Assembly: GCA_026026165.1 (NCBI GenBank)
Contig: JAPEUD010000022.1
Span: 248,001-307,947 of the forward strand
Direction of reading: 5' to 3'
Length of the DNA stretch: 59,947 nucleotides
Source: Sarea resinae
Taxonomy: Eukaryota
Shown here: one piece after another, positions 39,577 through 50,090 of the stretch
How positions within the stretch are numbered: the stretch's first letter is position 1
Layout: every line of letters starts with the position of its first letter
Translations under genes and position numbers: made by a program
The notes under the pieces: generated by a model
Database searches by the model: none
Seen by the model: the letters and a program-made list of their open reading frames with translations, nothing else
What the model was told of the DNA's origin: nothing

Positions 39577-40794
39577 TCACGTCGCGTCCCGTCGCGTCGC
39601 GAAGAAATCTCGAAGATCGGGTGGGAGAGACTCCTCGAGTGAGGACGTCCAATGCTATGAACTCGCTCAAACCTTTCCCCCATGCTAGAAACAAGGTCCG
39701 GGAATATAAACCCCTACTATATAGTACCCCTACTATGTAGAGTACTAGGTATTGACGATTCGATCCCACACCGCCACACCTACCCCACTAGGTTAGAAAT
39801 AAAATAAGAAACAAAAAAAAAACAAAACAAAAAAAGCCACCAAGACATGCGAGTCAACAGAAACGTCCTACTCCAGCCAACTCGACGTGTCGACTTTCAT
39901 ATCATATGGGAAGTACTTCGTGTAAAGGCTATTTTTCTTCCGTTCAGGGGTTTTTCGTTTCCGTCCTGTGCTGTCCTTGGCCGCACGGTGCGGGTTTGGG
40001 GATGACGCTGGCTGGCTTTCGGAAGGTGTGTGAAGGGTTTGGATCTTTGGATCTTTGGATCGGGGTAAGACGGAAAGGGAAGAAAGGGGTTTAGGTTCTA
40101 GGAGGGTGGAGAGCGGATCGAGAGAGAGAGAGAGTCCTGATGTGGGCTTGAAGGAATAAATAGAGGGAGGGAGGGAGGGAGGGGAGGAGAGTCGAGGAGA
40201 GTAGAGAGTGAGACAAGAAAAAGGTCGATGGAGGTGAAAGGATGGCAAGATTACTGTCTTGTCTATATGGATATGAATATAATATCCGAGCTCCTGGTAT
40301 GATTGATGGTTGTTTTTTTTAGTCTCGGGGGTGGTGGCCTTTGGTATATTACTTATACTAGAGATATATAGGACCAGTGCTTTCCATCTAGATTAGACCT
40401 ATCGCTTTCCCTCTCAATCTCACTAGGGATGAGGAGGGTCACAAGAGGCGATTGAAATCTTAAAATATATAAATCTTCCCTAGATGCTACATTAACACAC
40501 AGCCACGGGAATAAAAAGCATAGATGAATTCATTGAGCCGAGTACATAGAAAAAAAAATTGAAAAATGACACCTTCGAGGACTTTGATCGAAAAAACTTT
40601 CGTCGAGCCGGAATCTATTCAATTCGTGACGAGGGAATCTGTGTATATTACCACCACCACCGGTGCTGTCCAAGACTCTTCTTCGTTATCTCTTCCTCTA
40701 TATCTCCACCCCCTCACTCAGCTATCCAAATCTGTCCTGTGGGCGGCCCTTCTCTACCTCTTTTGTTGTTTCCGTCTTCTTGGTTCGATAGCGT

Positions 40795-41641
40795 TTATGA
40801 AGTGGTTGACGTCTCAGGCGCAGATGCGGGCACGGAAGCGGACGACGTGGAGCCGGATTTGGAATGGCGCCTGAAGCCGAAGAGTTTGCGCTTTAGTTTG
40901 TCGGCGAGGCCGTCGTGCGATGGCTTGTCTTTTTCGAGGTGGATATTGCCTTCGCCGCCGCGCTTTGCGTCCATGGTCGATCAGCTTCGGAAGGAGGGTT
41001 CGGCGCGGGGGAGGAAAAGCATGCTTACGCCAGTGTGGTAATTCTCGTGCCCCTCACTCGTGCGCACCGCTGTCTCGGGGATGATCTCGGCGTCGCCGCG
41101 GGGTTTGGTGGCTGTCAGATGGGGGGAGCCGATGTTGCCTTCGCCGCCGCGCTGTTTCGTTTGCGGTGGGATTAGCGTCTTTCTTTGTCTGACCCGGTGG
41201 ACAAAGAGGTATGAGGGAATAGAGCTCCAGAACGATGACGGAGATGTGGGATTTACATACACCGGTGGAGAAGGCTCCGTCCGAGGACTGACCCTGTGGG
41301 CCTTCACGGACAATCTCACCGTCCGTGTAACTGATGCTCGAGGAGATGTCAGCGGGGGCCTTTGGGACTGCCGAAACTGGTTTGATTGAATGGAAGAGGT
41401 GTAGAAGCTGCGCATAGGAAACGGGATATTGCTGGGCCCGAGGATGGATCAGATTGCTTACGCGGTGGAGTCGGGCGCGATATTGCCTTGGCCTAGGTAG
41501 ATTGATGACGAGTCAGCTATCCCATTCCTCATGCAGATACCTCCTCGATGGCGCGCAGGACATGATCTCGTCGGGGCTGAGCGCGAGGAGAGTTTGCATA
41601 CCTCCTCGACCGTGCGACACGATGGGCGCATCTTCGGCCAT
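40795..41641 (-). CDS. Small GRGGxGNI-repeat protein (DUF3602 / Par32-like), 5 exons
   Basis: Spliced reading MAEDAPIVSHGRG|GQGNIAPDSTA|YTDGEIVREGPQG..FSTG|RGGEGNI..YHTG|RGGEGNIHLEK..GLADKLKRKLF. Donors GTATGC, GTAAGC, GTATGT, GTAAGC, each with a CTRAY branch; TAA at 40795-40797. Confidence 0.85.
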
Positions 41642-42964
41642 GATGGCGTACGTCGACTGTGTCGCGAGAGTTGAATGTGGTGGGTGGGTACGGGATGACG
41701 GTGTCGAGCGATTGAGATGGATTCAGGGGAGCTGAAGGCGGTGGTTCAGTATAACAGTGTCTTCGTCGAGGCTGGTGTCAGTCACAAAGATTGCAGATGA
41801 TGTGGTTGGTCGCGGATGGTGTGCGTGCGCAGGTGAGTTGAGTTGAGCTCAATGTGACGAGAGGAGATTGCGCCGGGGGGATACTGGGGCTACTCCGTAG
41901 AGAGGGGAGGGGAGTGGATATCCATTCTGCTACTTCGACCTGTGTTTTTCTTCTAGTCAATGGCTGAACACGGTCGGCTTTCACTGGGCTTGGAATCACA
42001 TCAGGCTATGGTCTCGCGGTGGTGGCTACTATGGTCTATCTGGTAAGGCTGTTGCGTCTCTTGTGTCATAGGGGCCGTCTTTGCTTTTGCCGTGGCTGGA
42101 GCAGGACACGAACGAGGAGAAGGGATCCAATCCATGGATCGTGACAGCCAAGACGCGAGAGCGGAGGGCGGAGGGCGGAGAGCCAAGAGCCAAGCAGTAG
42201 AGTGTACCCGCTGTCAATGGCTAGGGACTGCGGTATGATGCTCCAGACTTGATGATTTGATGATTCAATGAGTCGTACTCGGCACGGTCCATGGATCATC
42301 ATCGATCGGCGCTCATGAGCGACCTGGCTACTACTCTACTAGAGTACTGATGGAACCTTGCCGATTGCATCATCTGCGCCTCTCCAGCACCAAGCGAACA
42401 AAAACTCAAATGCTCTTTTCGAACGTGTTTCCGCGGCATCCAGAATGTCTCTGGAACGCCGTGGGACTCCGTCGGACTCCTCTTCCTGTTGACATTTGAC
42501 CAGAATCATGGACCGCCATGTGATTACTCGTCGCATCCGTGGTCCACTTCAGCACAGATAAGACCTCATCCCCTTATTGGGTCCTGCCTGGCAAACCGCA
42601 ATTATTACCTAAGATTTTCCGCTCTACCATGGCACGAACGAAGTCGGACACTAATGCTTAGTGAGACGAGACTAAGGTCAAATCGAGGAACGGAGGACAC
42701 GGCCGGTCACGGTCAAGGACGAGCCTACTCTTCTCTACTGCGCAGTACTCAGAGTCAGAGAGCTGAGACTATCGAGTAGTGGGGGGCCGTGTTTACATTG
42801 CTAGAGGATGTACTACAGACGTCTTCACGGGCATTATCGACTTTGAATAACGAGAATGGATCGAGAGCCATCGAGCACCGTCCCATCCTGATCAATTCCC
42901 CGACCTCCGTGATCGTCCTTCATCGACTTACCAGGGTCCTATCTCCTCGGAACCTTCTGGACGC

Positions 42965-44286
42965 TCACGCCTTGGCGGTGGCCGGTGGTGCGGCTCCGCC
43001 CGTGGTTGGCAATCCGACGTACTGCTTGAAGCTGTCGTAGATACCCCATTGGAGAGACGTCAGGGTACCGATCATGACAATCCTGACTGCGAGTCCATTC
43101 CAGAGACCGACAAAGCCAATGTCCTTGTATATACGGCCCATGGCTGCACCAAAGGCTTCACCCGGCTGGCGGTTGGCGTTGAGCTTGCTGACCATGACAT
43201 CGGCCGGGTGGGATACGATCGCGCACAGGATACCAGCAAGATATCCGGCCGTGAACGACACGCCCGTCTGCGCAAGTTTGCCATAGTCACTCTTGCTCCC
43301 AGGCATCCGGTCGTAGATCTTTTCAACGATCGTCTCAAAGGACGCGAACTTCATCATCGTATAGGGAATCTGACGACCCCAGAGAGGATACAGTCCCTTG
43401 TAGAGTCTTCCAGCTCGTCAGTCAAGACGGACCAACGGTGTTGCCCATTTGCTAACACAATACTTACCCGCTACTGGTCTCCAACGCCGTGATCTTCGAA
43501 ATACCATCAAAAGTACCCTTCGCGAAGGGGGGAATTGTGGTCTGCATTCGGACCTTGACTGCCTCGAAGGGGCAGAGAGCGATATCGGCGAGAAATTCCG
43601 CCGAAGCGCTGGCGGTGAGATACAGCCAAGTCTTATAGCGATACGCATTCTCTTCTCCAGCCAAGTCCGAATAGAACTTCTTGAAGAACTCGTAGCCGCC
43701 GTACTTGAAAGCGCCTTGGGCCTTTGACGTGTGAGAACAGTGCAATGGTGCACAATACGCTCAAGTTTGACCTACCGAGTAGCCAAACAATGTTGGGCTC
43801 CATCCAGTATAGATGCCCCGAATACCTTCGGCACGTCCAATCTTACCCCAGGCCTCGAAGTTGCCCTTGTACATCTTGGAATCCACCTGTCGACGACATT
43901 TGACCAGATCGAGCGGCGTAACAGCGGTATGAGTGACACCCTAGACTGAGTGAGCTATCGTTTCGAGGCGGGGACGTAGAGAAGCTGACACAGGCAAGAA
44001 GACCACCGAGAGTACAAGCAGCATAATACTTGGCGGAGTAAAGTTCAATGGGGCCAGTCTTCTCTTGAGTCTTCTGGCTGGCCTTGCTGATCTCTCGGGC
44101 AGCCTCATCGCTCAACTGGCCAGCTTTGTTCTTCAGATCGTCGACGGCGCTCCAGGCTGAATACAGCTCAGGACGCGCGTGGCGCTTGCTTCTCTTGAGT
44201 TGAGCTGGGCCATCTGACGACGGCCAGAGAGGGGCGGAGACTGAGAAGACATTTCTGAGAATTGCTTGGTCTGGGAACAAAGACAT
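42965..44286 (-). CDS. PIC2: Mitochondrial phosphate/copper carrier (Pic2-like)
   Basis: [71 protein letters not shown]; 3 introns. Choice of Pic2 over Mir1 is from recollection of the family. Confidence 0.88.
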
Positions 44287-45041
44287 ATTGAAGGCTGCCT
44301 TTGACGGCGCTTACTCGCTATCGTCGATTACCTTGGTTGCTCGATGTACGAATCAAGGAGGGAGGTGGTAGGTAAGAACATGGAAGGTCAGCCGGATGAC
44401 TTCGGGCTTCGCACTTGGAGTACGAATGTCAAGTATCGCAGAGATAACGCGGCAGCTGGGGTTATCGTCCATGTTATTGCTGCCCCTCAGACGAGGGGAT
44501 GACCTCACCCCCTCACGTGTTCCATCCACCTACTACAGTGCCTTAGTAGCTACTAGGTACTCGAGTACCGGAAGGTACCTAACGTGTGCACCTTCTGAAG
44601 CAATGGAAGCCGACGTCTTCTCCTCGAAGTTCGAACACGTTCACGAGTATTTTCCCAAACACCAGCGACTCTTGTTGACATGGCAGATGCGGAAGAAATG
44701 CCTATGGTATGGATGACAGCCGGAAGTGGAGCAGCTGAGTACGCCAGAGTAGTACTTTGAGATACTCGCGAAAGCGCAAGTGAAGGGCTGGTCTTGGAGT
44801 ACTCCTAAAGTACCAACTCAATATCGGTACTTTCTGTTTCGAATACGCTGCGGGGAGATCAGCAGCTCATCGGCGTTACATATTTCCGAGAATCGCATCT
44901 ACCTGTACGCGGGCTGCATGGATGAGTCGCGAGTTTAATATTCAATCAGAGAGCTCAAGACCGTGCGGTGACAATCCACGAGAGAAGCACTACTCTCCTG
45001 CGCATCCTAGAGCCTAGGCTCCATCACACGAATCGTCCATA

Positions 45042-45682
45042 ATGACTGCTTCAGTACCATCAGTAGCTTCCGAGAGCGTTGCTCAGCAACAGAAGTCGCT
45101 TTGGGCAGACAAATACCGTGGAGTGAGTATCCTGGCTGGCTCTTCATCCTTGCGCCCACGCCCCATCCGGTGGCAATATGGAGCGTTTTCAAACTCTGTT
45201 GGCTCGTTCATGGCGAACGATCGACCAAAGGCGCCCCTGTCGCTAACTGGTCTACATTGCAGGCAACAGTAGAAGACTTGGACCCCCCGCCAGCGCTCTC
45301 GTTTCACCCGTCAGATTCCATATCGTCCGCCCTCATCAGCGCGTATGAGAGAGACTATACCCACCTAACCGTCGTATCTCAGGATACTCGTGCCCTCCTT
45401 GGTTATCTAAGTATACCACGGTTGAAGGAACTGCTCAAGGATGGCGTTGTTGAAGAGAGGGACCCAGTGGAGAAGGCTATGCAGAAGTTCAGACGGAAGG
45501 GGAAGGTCTACAAAGTCATTACGATGGACACACCACTGGAGGAACTGGAGGAGTTTTACAATGGTGGGGTGCAAGGAAGTGGCAAGCAGGACTTTGCGGT
45601 GGTGACGGATCCAAGCAGGAGATTCGTCCTGGGGGTTGCAACGAGGGGAGATTTGGAAGAGTTTGTGAGAAGAAGGCCTTGA
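45042..45682 (+). CDS. CBS-domain protein
   Basis: WADKYRG|ATVEDLDPPPALS (intron 45124-45262), AYERDYTHLTVV, FAVVTD..RRFVLGVAT..DLEEFVRRRP. Confidence 0.8.
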
Positions 45683-46483
45683 ATGCTGGCCATTCTGTCA
45701 TCCACATATATGTAAAGAGCTACCGGAGTCTTGGGGGTTTCAAAGTCTTCGAGTGGACCACTCCAAGCGCAGTCGGAGTATGAGTCGTGACTGTCGTGAC
45801 TGCCATGACTGTCATGAAAGGCCTTACCGCGATGAGATCAGAATATCACTAAAACCTTTGTTACCTCAACTAAGCACTGGGAAACTTCCAGATTTAAATC
45901 CCCACCGAAAGCAATTAGGCGTTTCTTATATCAATTTCCCTTGAGAATTGAGCAATTATAGAAGACCTAATAATGAGTCAACTGAGGACTCGGTCGAGGC
46001 CCGCAGTGCTTCTCCATACCGTAGGCAAGTAGGTAGGTACTGTAGGTACGAAGTACTTACCTTAGGTTCCTCTGTGCGATACCATCTATCAGATCCCGGA
46101 TCGCGTAGTTGTATTGCCGCCCCTCAAGCCTTCACAAGGATCGACAGTCAACTCACGGATCACCGACACCTGGACAGCCACGATCATTGTCAACGCACCT
46201 TCTCGTCACCTTACACGGCAAGTTTGACTATGCGTTAATCCTAGTCCCACCCAGGTAGTCGTTCGGGCAACAGGATTCCTGAGCGAACTCATCTAGCCTT
46301 TGGCGCAAACTCTCGGTTCACGCGTCAAAACTCAACACGTCGGCTTGAGCGTCGACGAGTCGGGAGTGCGCCAGCCAACGATCCAAAGGGCAATTCAAGT
46401 GAAGGCGCTGCCAGGAGTCGCACTCCCCTGATAGAGCGGCCTAACGCATCGTTGCTACTCTCTGTCCCACGATTCACGAGGCA

Positions 46484-47780
46484 ATGGGGTCCACGAAGCG
46501 CAAGCATGGGGAAGTCGCCGCAGACAGTGAAGAGAAGGGAGACAGTGGATACACCTCGACGACCCCTCCCGCGCCAATCAGCGCCGAATGTCCTTTCAGT
46601 GTCGAGTATGCTAGACTCTCAAGGACTCTACGGAAGAAAGGAAGCAACGTTGAGCTCGATGAGAAAGGCCACACCGTAGTACCCAGGGTCGAGCGGACCG
46701 CATCAGCAAGGACGCTCGATACAGCATATATTGTCCGTCCGAATTCACTATGGGAAGCTACAAAGAAATATCGCAATTTTGTTGGTGCGTACCTCATCTC
46801 CCTGAGAGAATCAGAAAGTAGGGTTAATTTGCTTGTTTACAGTCGGTGAGGAGACATTCGGCATTGATGATTTCGTGTATATCAATCACTCCAATATTGC
46901 CCATGGTGCGTCTATAGCTAAGACCGATGAGCATCAATTCTGGATCGCCCGCGTTCTCGAGGTGAAGGCTAGGGACCAGCAGCATGTATATTTGCGTGTG
47001 TTCTGGGCGTACTGGCCGGAAGAGCTGCCCGGGGGTCGTAAAGAATATCACGGATCCGACGAGCTTGTGCTGAGCAACCATATGGAGATAGTCGATGCTA
47101 TGACGGTCACTGGGAAAGCCCCAGTATCGCATCTGATCGAGAACGATGAAGAGAATGTCATCGAGGGGCTGTACTGGCGTCAGACGTATAATGTCCTGTC
47201 GCAGAAGCTTTCGGTCAGTCAACTCATCTCTCTTTGCTTGCTGACTAGTCGCTAAACCTTCGCAACATTCCAGTCGGTTCGCAGACATTGCATCTGCAAA
47301 GGGTATTATAATCCTGACAAAATGTTGATCGGTTGCCCGAATCCCGATTGCAAGAAGTGGCTACACAAAGAGTGCATTCTAGCTGATGCGCGTAAGAGGT
47401 CCTATGATCGACTAGTGAAATCCGAAGCGGGCGAGACTGTTAGTACTGCCGAGTCTGAGGGTGCTGGTGAGAATGTCAGTGTTGGTGACACTATCAACGT
47501 AGGCGATACTGTCAAGGCGGAGGAGGAGAAGAAGGCAGTTGAAGAGGATGATGATGACGATGATGAGGGACCAAGAATTCGTGGCAAGCGCGTCTCACCA
47601 GCAAAGCAGAACTCCAAGCTCGACCAAGCGATCTGGGACACTCAATTTTCTGCAGATTTGACCACTGCCAACAAGGATGACACTCCAAGCAAGCTTCTCA
47701 TCACAGACCTTCGAGGAGAGGAGCCGAAATCCTGGGAGGAGGATATTAAGTGCTTGGCTTGCCAAGTCACCATCAAGTGA
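46484..47780 (+). CDS. BAH-PHD chromatin reader (EPR-1/BP1/EBS-like)
   Basis: BAH FWIARVLEV..VYLRVFWAYWPEELP..ELVLSNHMEIVD; PHD CICK..NPD..GCPNPDCKKWLHKEC with the last CLAC after a long acidic insert; 2 introns. Confidence 0.85.
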
Positions 47781-48421
47781 GCTTGACGATGTTTGCTAGA
47801 GCAATCGAAGAACTGGATCATTTGATAGGGGCAGGTGTTATAGGCTAATGACGTGGGAGGTGCATGTATTGCTTTGCTTTATCTCCAAGTTTTCTATCTC
47901 ATCCCGGATAACGGCGCGGGGTTTCTTGCAAGCGCAGGCTTTTTTCCTCTGGGCCATCTTCTCGGCGTCCAAAGATCTTCGGAAATCAATTGCTTGGCTA
48001 TTCAGCCCAAATGGTGTGCTAGCGGTAGACCTTTCTTTGAAAATGAAGGCAGCAAGAAAAGCCATTCATCGAGAGCAATCTGAATATCGCATTCAATTGA
48101 GTCTTGACTTTCGCCCGTACCTACAGCATGACTCAACTTTCACGAAACAATCCTAGAGCGTACAAATGAAAAAGACCCCAGTAAAGAGACTCTTTGAATC
48201 ACACCGCTTTGTATGATCTAATCGCTTGGTAAATGACATCGATCCAAGTTTCAAGCAGCCTGAGACACAATAACATCGCGCGTTCACGTGATGAGAATTC
48301 AAGCTTTCCATACTTGAAGTCGTGAACGACGACGTCCTCACCCAATATTCTTTTATTTTCCGTCGAATACTCTGCTCGAGCTTCTCTCTCATGTTCCCTC
48401 TAGTGTCTGGTTATCCGTGTC

Positions 48422-49244
48422 ATGGATCCATACACACTTTATACCGATAAGATTGATGAGCCTGCCGAGGAAAGGCCAATGCCTCTGGTGCCTCCACTGA
48501 GCTTTGCCCTGGTATCACCGGGTGTATACAGGTCAGGCACCTTCCAATATATTATTCCATAATCGAGATCCCTTGTATCTTCTTCCTGCTCGAGGATCGC
48601 TGACTGGATTGTTTTGTAGATCTGGCTACCCACTCGAGATCAATTTTCCAATGCTCGAGAGACTGCACCTTCGGACACTCATGTATGTCTCATATCCTAA
48701 TATCTGATTTTGAGACCACTTCGCCGCATTACTAATGCTCTGTACTAGATACTTGGCTGATCAGGAACCACTGGAAGAGACAGTCCAATGGGCCCAGCAA
48801 AAGGGTATTCAGATCGTACATTACCGCGTCTCTAACGTGCGGGAGCCGTTTGTAGAGAATGATCCCGTCGCTATCAAAGAAGCGCTGAAACTTCTTGCAG
48901 GTAGGCTCCTGATCGTCCTTCTCTTTCCCAACTCCTTAGGCTTCTCCTTCCCGACCCCGTCGAAATTCAGCTAGACTTCCCGCTTCCCCTCTCCTTACTC
49001 ACGCACAACCTCAGATTCGCGGAATTTCCCCATCCTCCTGCACAGCAATAAAGGCAAACACCGTGTCGGCGTGCTAGCAGGCTGTATGCGTAAACTTCTG
49101 CAATCGTGGTCCCTCGCTGCCATTAACGCTGAATATATGCGGTTTGCGGGCGAAAAGGGCGAGGCCGACTTGGAATTCATCGAACTCTTTGAGCCGGAGC
49201 TGGAGATAGAGGAGGAGTGGAAGCCGAGCTGGTTGAGAAGATGA
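48422..49244 (+). CDS. OCA2: Siw14/Oca-family phosphatase-like protein, Oca2 type (Cys-to-Ser P-loop)
   Basis: LVPPLSFALVSPGVYR|SGYPLEINFPMLERLHLRTLI|YL, FPILLHSNKGKHRVG, IRKLLQSWS-like block, DLEFIELF; 3 introns; TGA at 49242-49244. Confidence 0.82.
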
Positions 49245-49719
49245 ACCCGTCATGGACGTATGGGCGCATGTGCTCAACGAGAATTGTGCGTTTGTCTAAA
49301 GGAGGCGCATGCCTAATCTGGGATGGACAGTGGGCAGTGGGCTTCTGTGGACGCATACCAGAAGGCGACGCCGGGCGAGGACGAGCGCCATCGCTATTCA
49401 CAGACTGTGGATACCACGCCTGTCTGCTCTTTGACTGAATTTCTCCAATTTTCAGCACTAGTAGCATCGTCCACCAGTCCACACTCCTCTTCATGCGCCA
49501 AGTCTTCAGAGGTCGGGAACGCGGCGCGTCGACTCTATATTACATCAAAATATCGGATGCCAATGCCACCGGAACACTACGTCGTCCTGAGTGCGGTAGG
49601 AGTGGCTGTGGATGTGGTACCTAGCGGTAGTGAGAGCCGTTGCAGGAGTGCTGCTGTGTGTGCGAGTGTGGGTGTGGGTGTGGATGCAGGCATATATGTT
49701 TGGTTCACACGTACATCTT

Positions 49720-50090
49720 TCGCAAGCAGGTGTCGTGGCGTAGCTCGGGGAGATTCGTCTCCTCAGAGTCTTCGGGGGAATTCAACATCTCCCCCCTATG
49801 ATCGCCGCTATAAAACTTAGAACCCACGCTTCGCTGAAAAAGCAGAGGACCTGGGGCCTCTAGCTGAAGAAAACCTCGCGGTTTTGGTAGGGACTCCTCG
49901 AGAGTCCTGAGCTTTTTGCCTTTTGGGGGAGGTGCCTGGTCGTGTCCCGCCCGTTTCGAGGAGGCGCGTGTTGATGTTTTGCCTCTTTCGGAAGGGGGGT
50001 GTCTACCTCTGGCCGGCGCCGTCGAAGTCTATCCCGCGCCGCTAACCGTCCGCTGCCGGGTTCGATTCCCGTCATGAATTTACAGGTAGC
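49720..50090 (+). ncRNA. Candidate structured non-coding RNA of unknown family
   Basis: At least 7 hairpins, several closed by G-U pairs that favour the + strand. TATA-like 49692-49697, A-box-like 49736-49748, T5 49913-49917, B-box GGTTCGATTCC 50059-50069. Confidence 0.55.

Noticed and set aside
46053..46063. TACTTACCT resembling the U1 snRNA 5' end
   Set aside because: No downstream U1 stem-loops or Sm site; part of a TAC-rich promoter patch.
49864..49890. CTGAAGA plus hairpin as a hammerhead ribozyme core
   Set aside because: The required GAAA after stem II is absent.
49911..49926. TTTGCCTTTTGG resembling the U2 snRNA 5' region
   Set aside because: Not followed by the invariant GATCAAGTGTAGTA.
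50055..50075. tRNA gene at the GGTTCGATTCC motif
   Set aside because: No D-arm, anticodon arm or acceptor stem at tRNA spacing.
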